Below are positions 63,243 to 64,000 of a DNA stretch of 64,000 bases, piece by piece. Positions within the stretch are counted from its first letter, which is position 1; every line of letters starts with the position of its first letter. This DNA comes from Lama guanicoe (taxonomy: Eukaryota), in assembly GCA_013239625.1 (NCBI GenBank), contig MU053994.1, positions 4,507,434-4,571,433 on the forward strand. Reading direction: 5' to 3'. Position numbers and translations under genes: made by a program. The notes beneath the pieces are model-generated. The model had not been told where the DNA came from and searched no databases. It saw nothing but the letters and a program-made list of their open reading frames with translations.

Positions 63243-63360
63243 TGAGTGTCTCACACTTCCTTGAATCATCAAAGAGCCTAGTAGATCAGTTTATACATAG
63301 TATGGACTCAACAAGAGCTTACGGACAGTTTGATAGTTAACAGGACTGAAAAAATCATTA

Positions 63361-63735
63361 TGTTGGCCATGGAGGTGCAACTTTCAGTTCTCCCTTCAAG
63401 AAAGAATTTGCCGTTCAGCTGTGAATGGAGCAGTTAGTTGAAAGACTCTATCTGTAGTGCTTTCAGGAGTCATTGCAGCATTTGAATCGAATTCACTGTC
63501 TTTCCAGGCATCCCCCAGCCAGTGAACGATCAAGACTCCACTAATGGGCAATTCTTTCTCAAGAGCTCCTTAGTGGGTTGGCCAAAATTTTGTCCGATCT
63601 GCTTCATATTCTTGAGGCTCTTCCTGTCCAATTCTGCTTCATGACCTTTTATCTCTCATAGGTATTATTCTCCAATAAACCACTTACACCCTAATTCTGT
63701 CTAACCATTTGCTTCTCAGAGAACCTAAACTGACA
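63361..63735 (+). mobile_element. LTR33-like solo LTR
   Basis: tgttggccatggagg...ctccaataaaccacttacaccctaattctgtctaaccatttgcttctcagagaacctaaactgaca. Confidence 0.65.
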
Positions 63736-64000
63736 CACACACATACTTAATGAGTGATCTTAGAAAATAAGAGTTTCTTTATGAAAAGAGACTGGAGTGG
63801 CCCAGTTTCATGAAGGAGTAGAATTGTGAAATAGGTCTTAAAAGTTGAGAAGGAAGAAAAATAATGGTATCGTTCAGAAAACCTGTCCCTCAATCCACAG
63901 CAGACTGTCCATCATCCCTTTCTATGTCACAGAGTTGCAATAAGGATATAATGAGAGAGCATGCTGTTTCTGAAACTTGGGTGAGCCAGTCAACAGAGGC

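Overview
This is AT-rich, CpG-poor mammalian genomic DNA made up mostly of interspersed repeats. A Vic-1-type tRNA-derived SINE and the style of the young L1 3' ends point to a camelid. I see no intact protein-coding gene, RNA gene, CRISPR array or prokaryotic system. Almost all listed ORFs are L1/ERVL fossils, microsatellite artefacts or chance frames. The clearest non-repeat feature is a 5'-truncated processed PSMB6 pseudogene (~17.63-18.15 kb, minus strand) inserted into an L1. It carries a premature stop, a frameshift and a 23-nt internal inversion coupled to a deletion. Other structure: an orphan ~196-bp polyadenylated retrocopy with a 13-bp TSD (42.3 kb); several young L1 3' fragments with clean TSDs, including a double-tailed one and an apparently twin-primed one; two ERVL dUTPase-region remnants; a hAT transposase fossil; five LTR33-like solo LTRs; and a few weak exon-like segments on the minus strand at 44-62 kb. 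Repeat family names come from recalled consensus similarity, not a database search. Boundaries without TSDs are approximate. I did not find evidence for a novel biological system.
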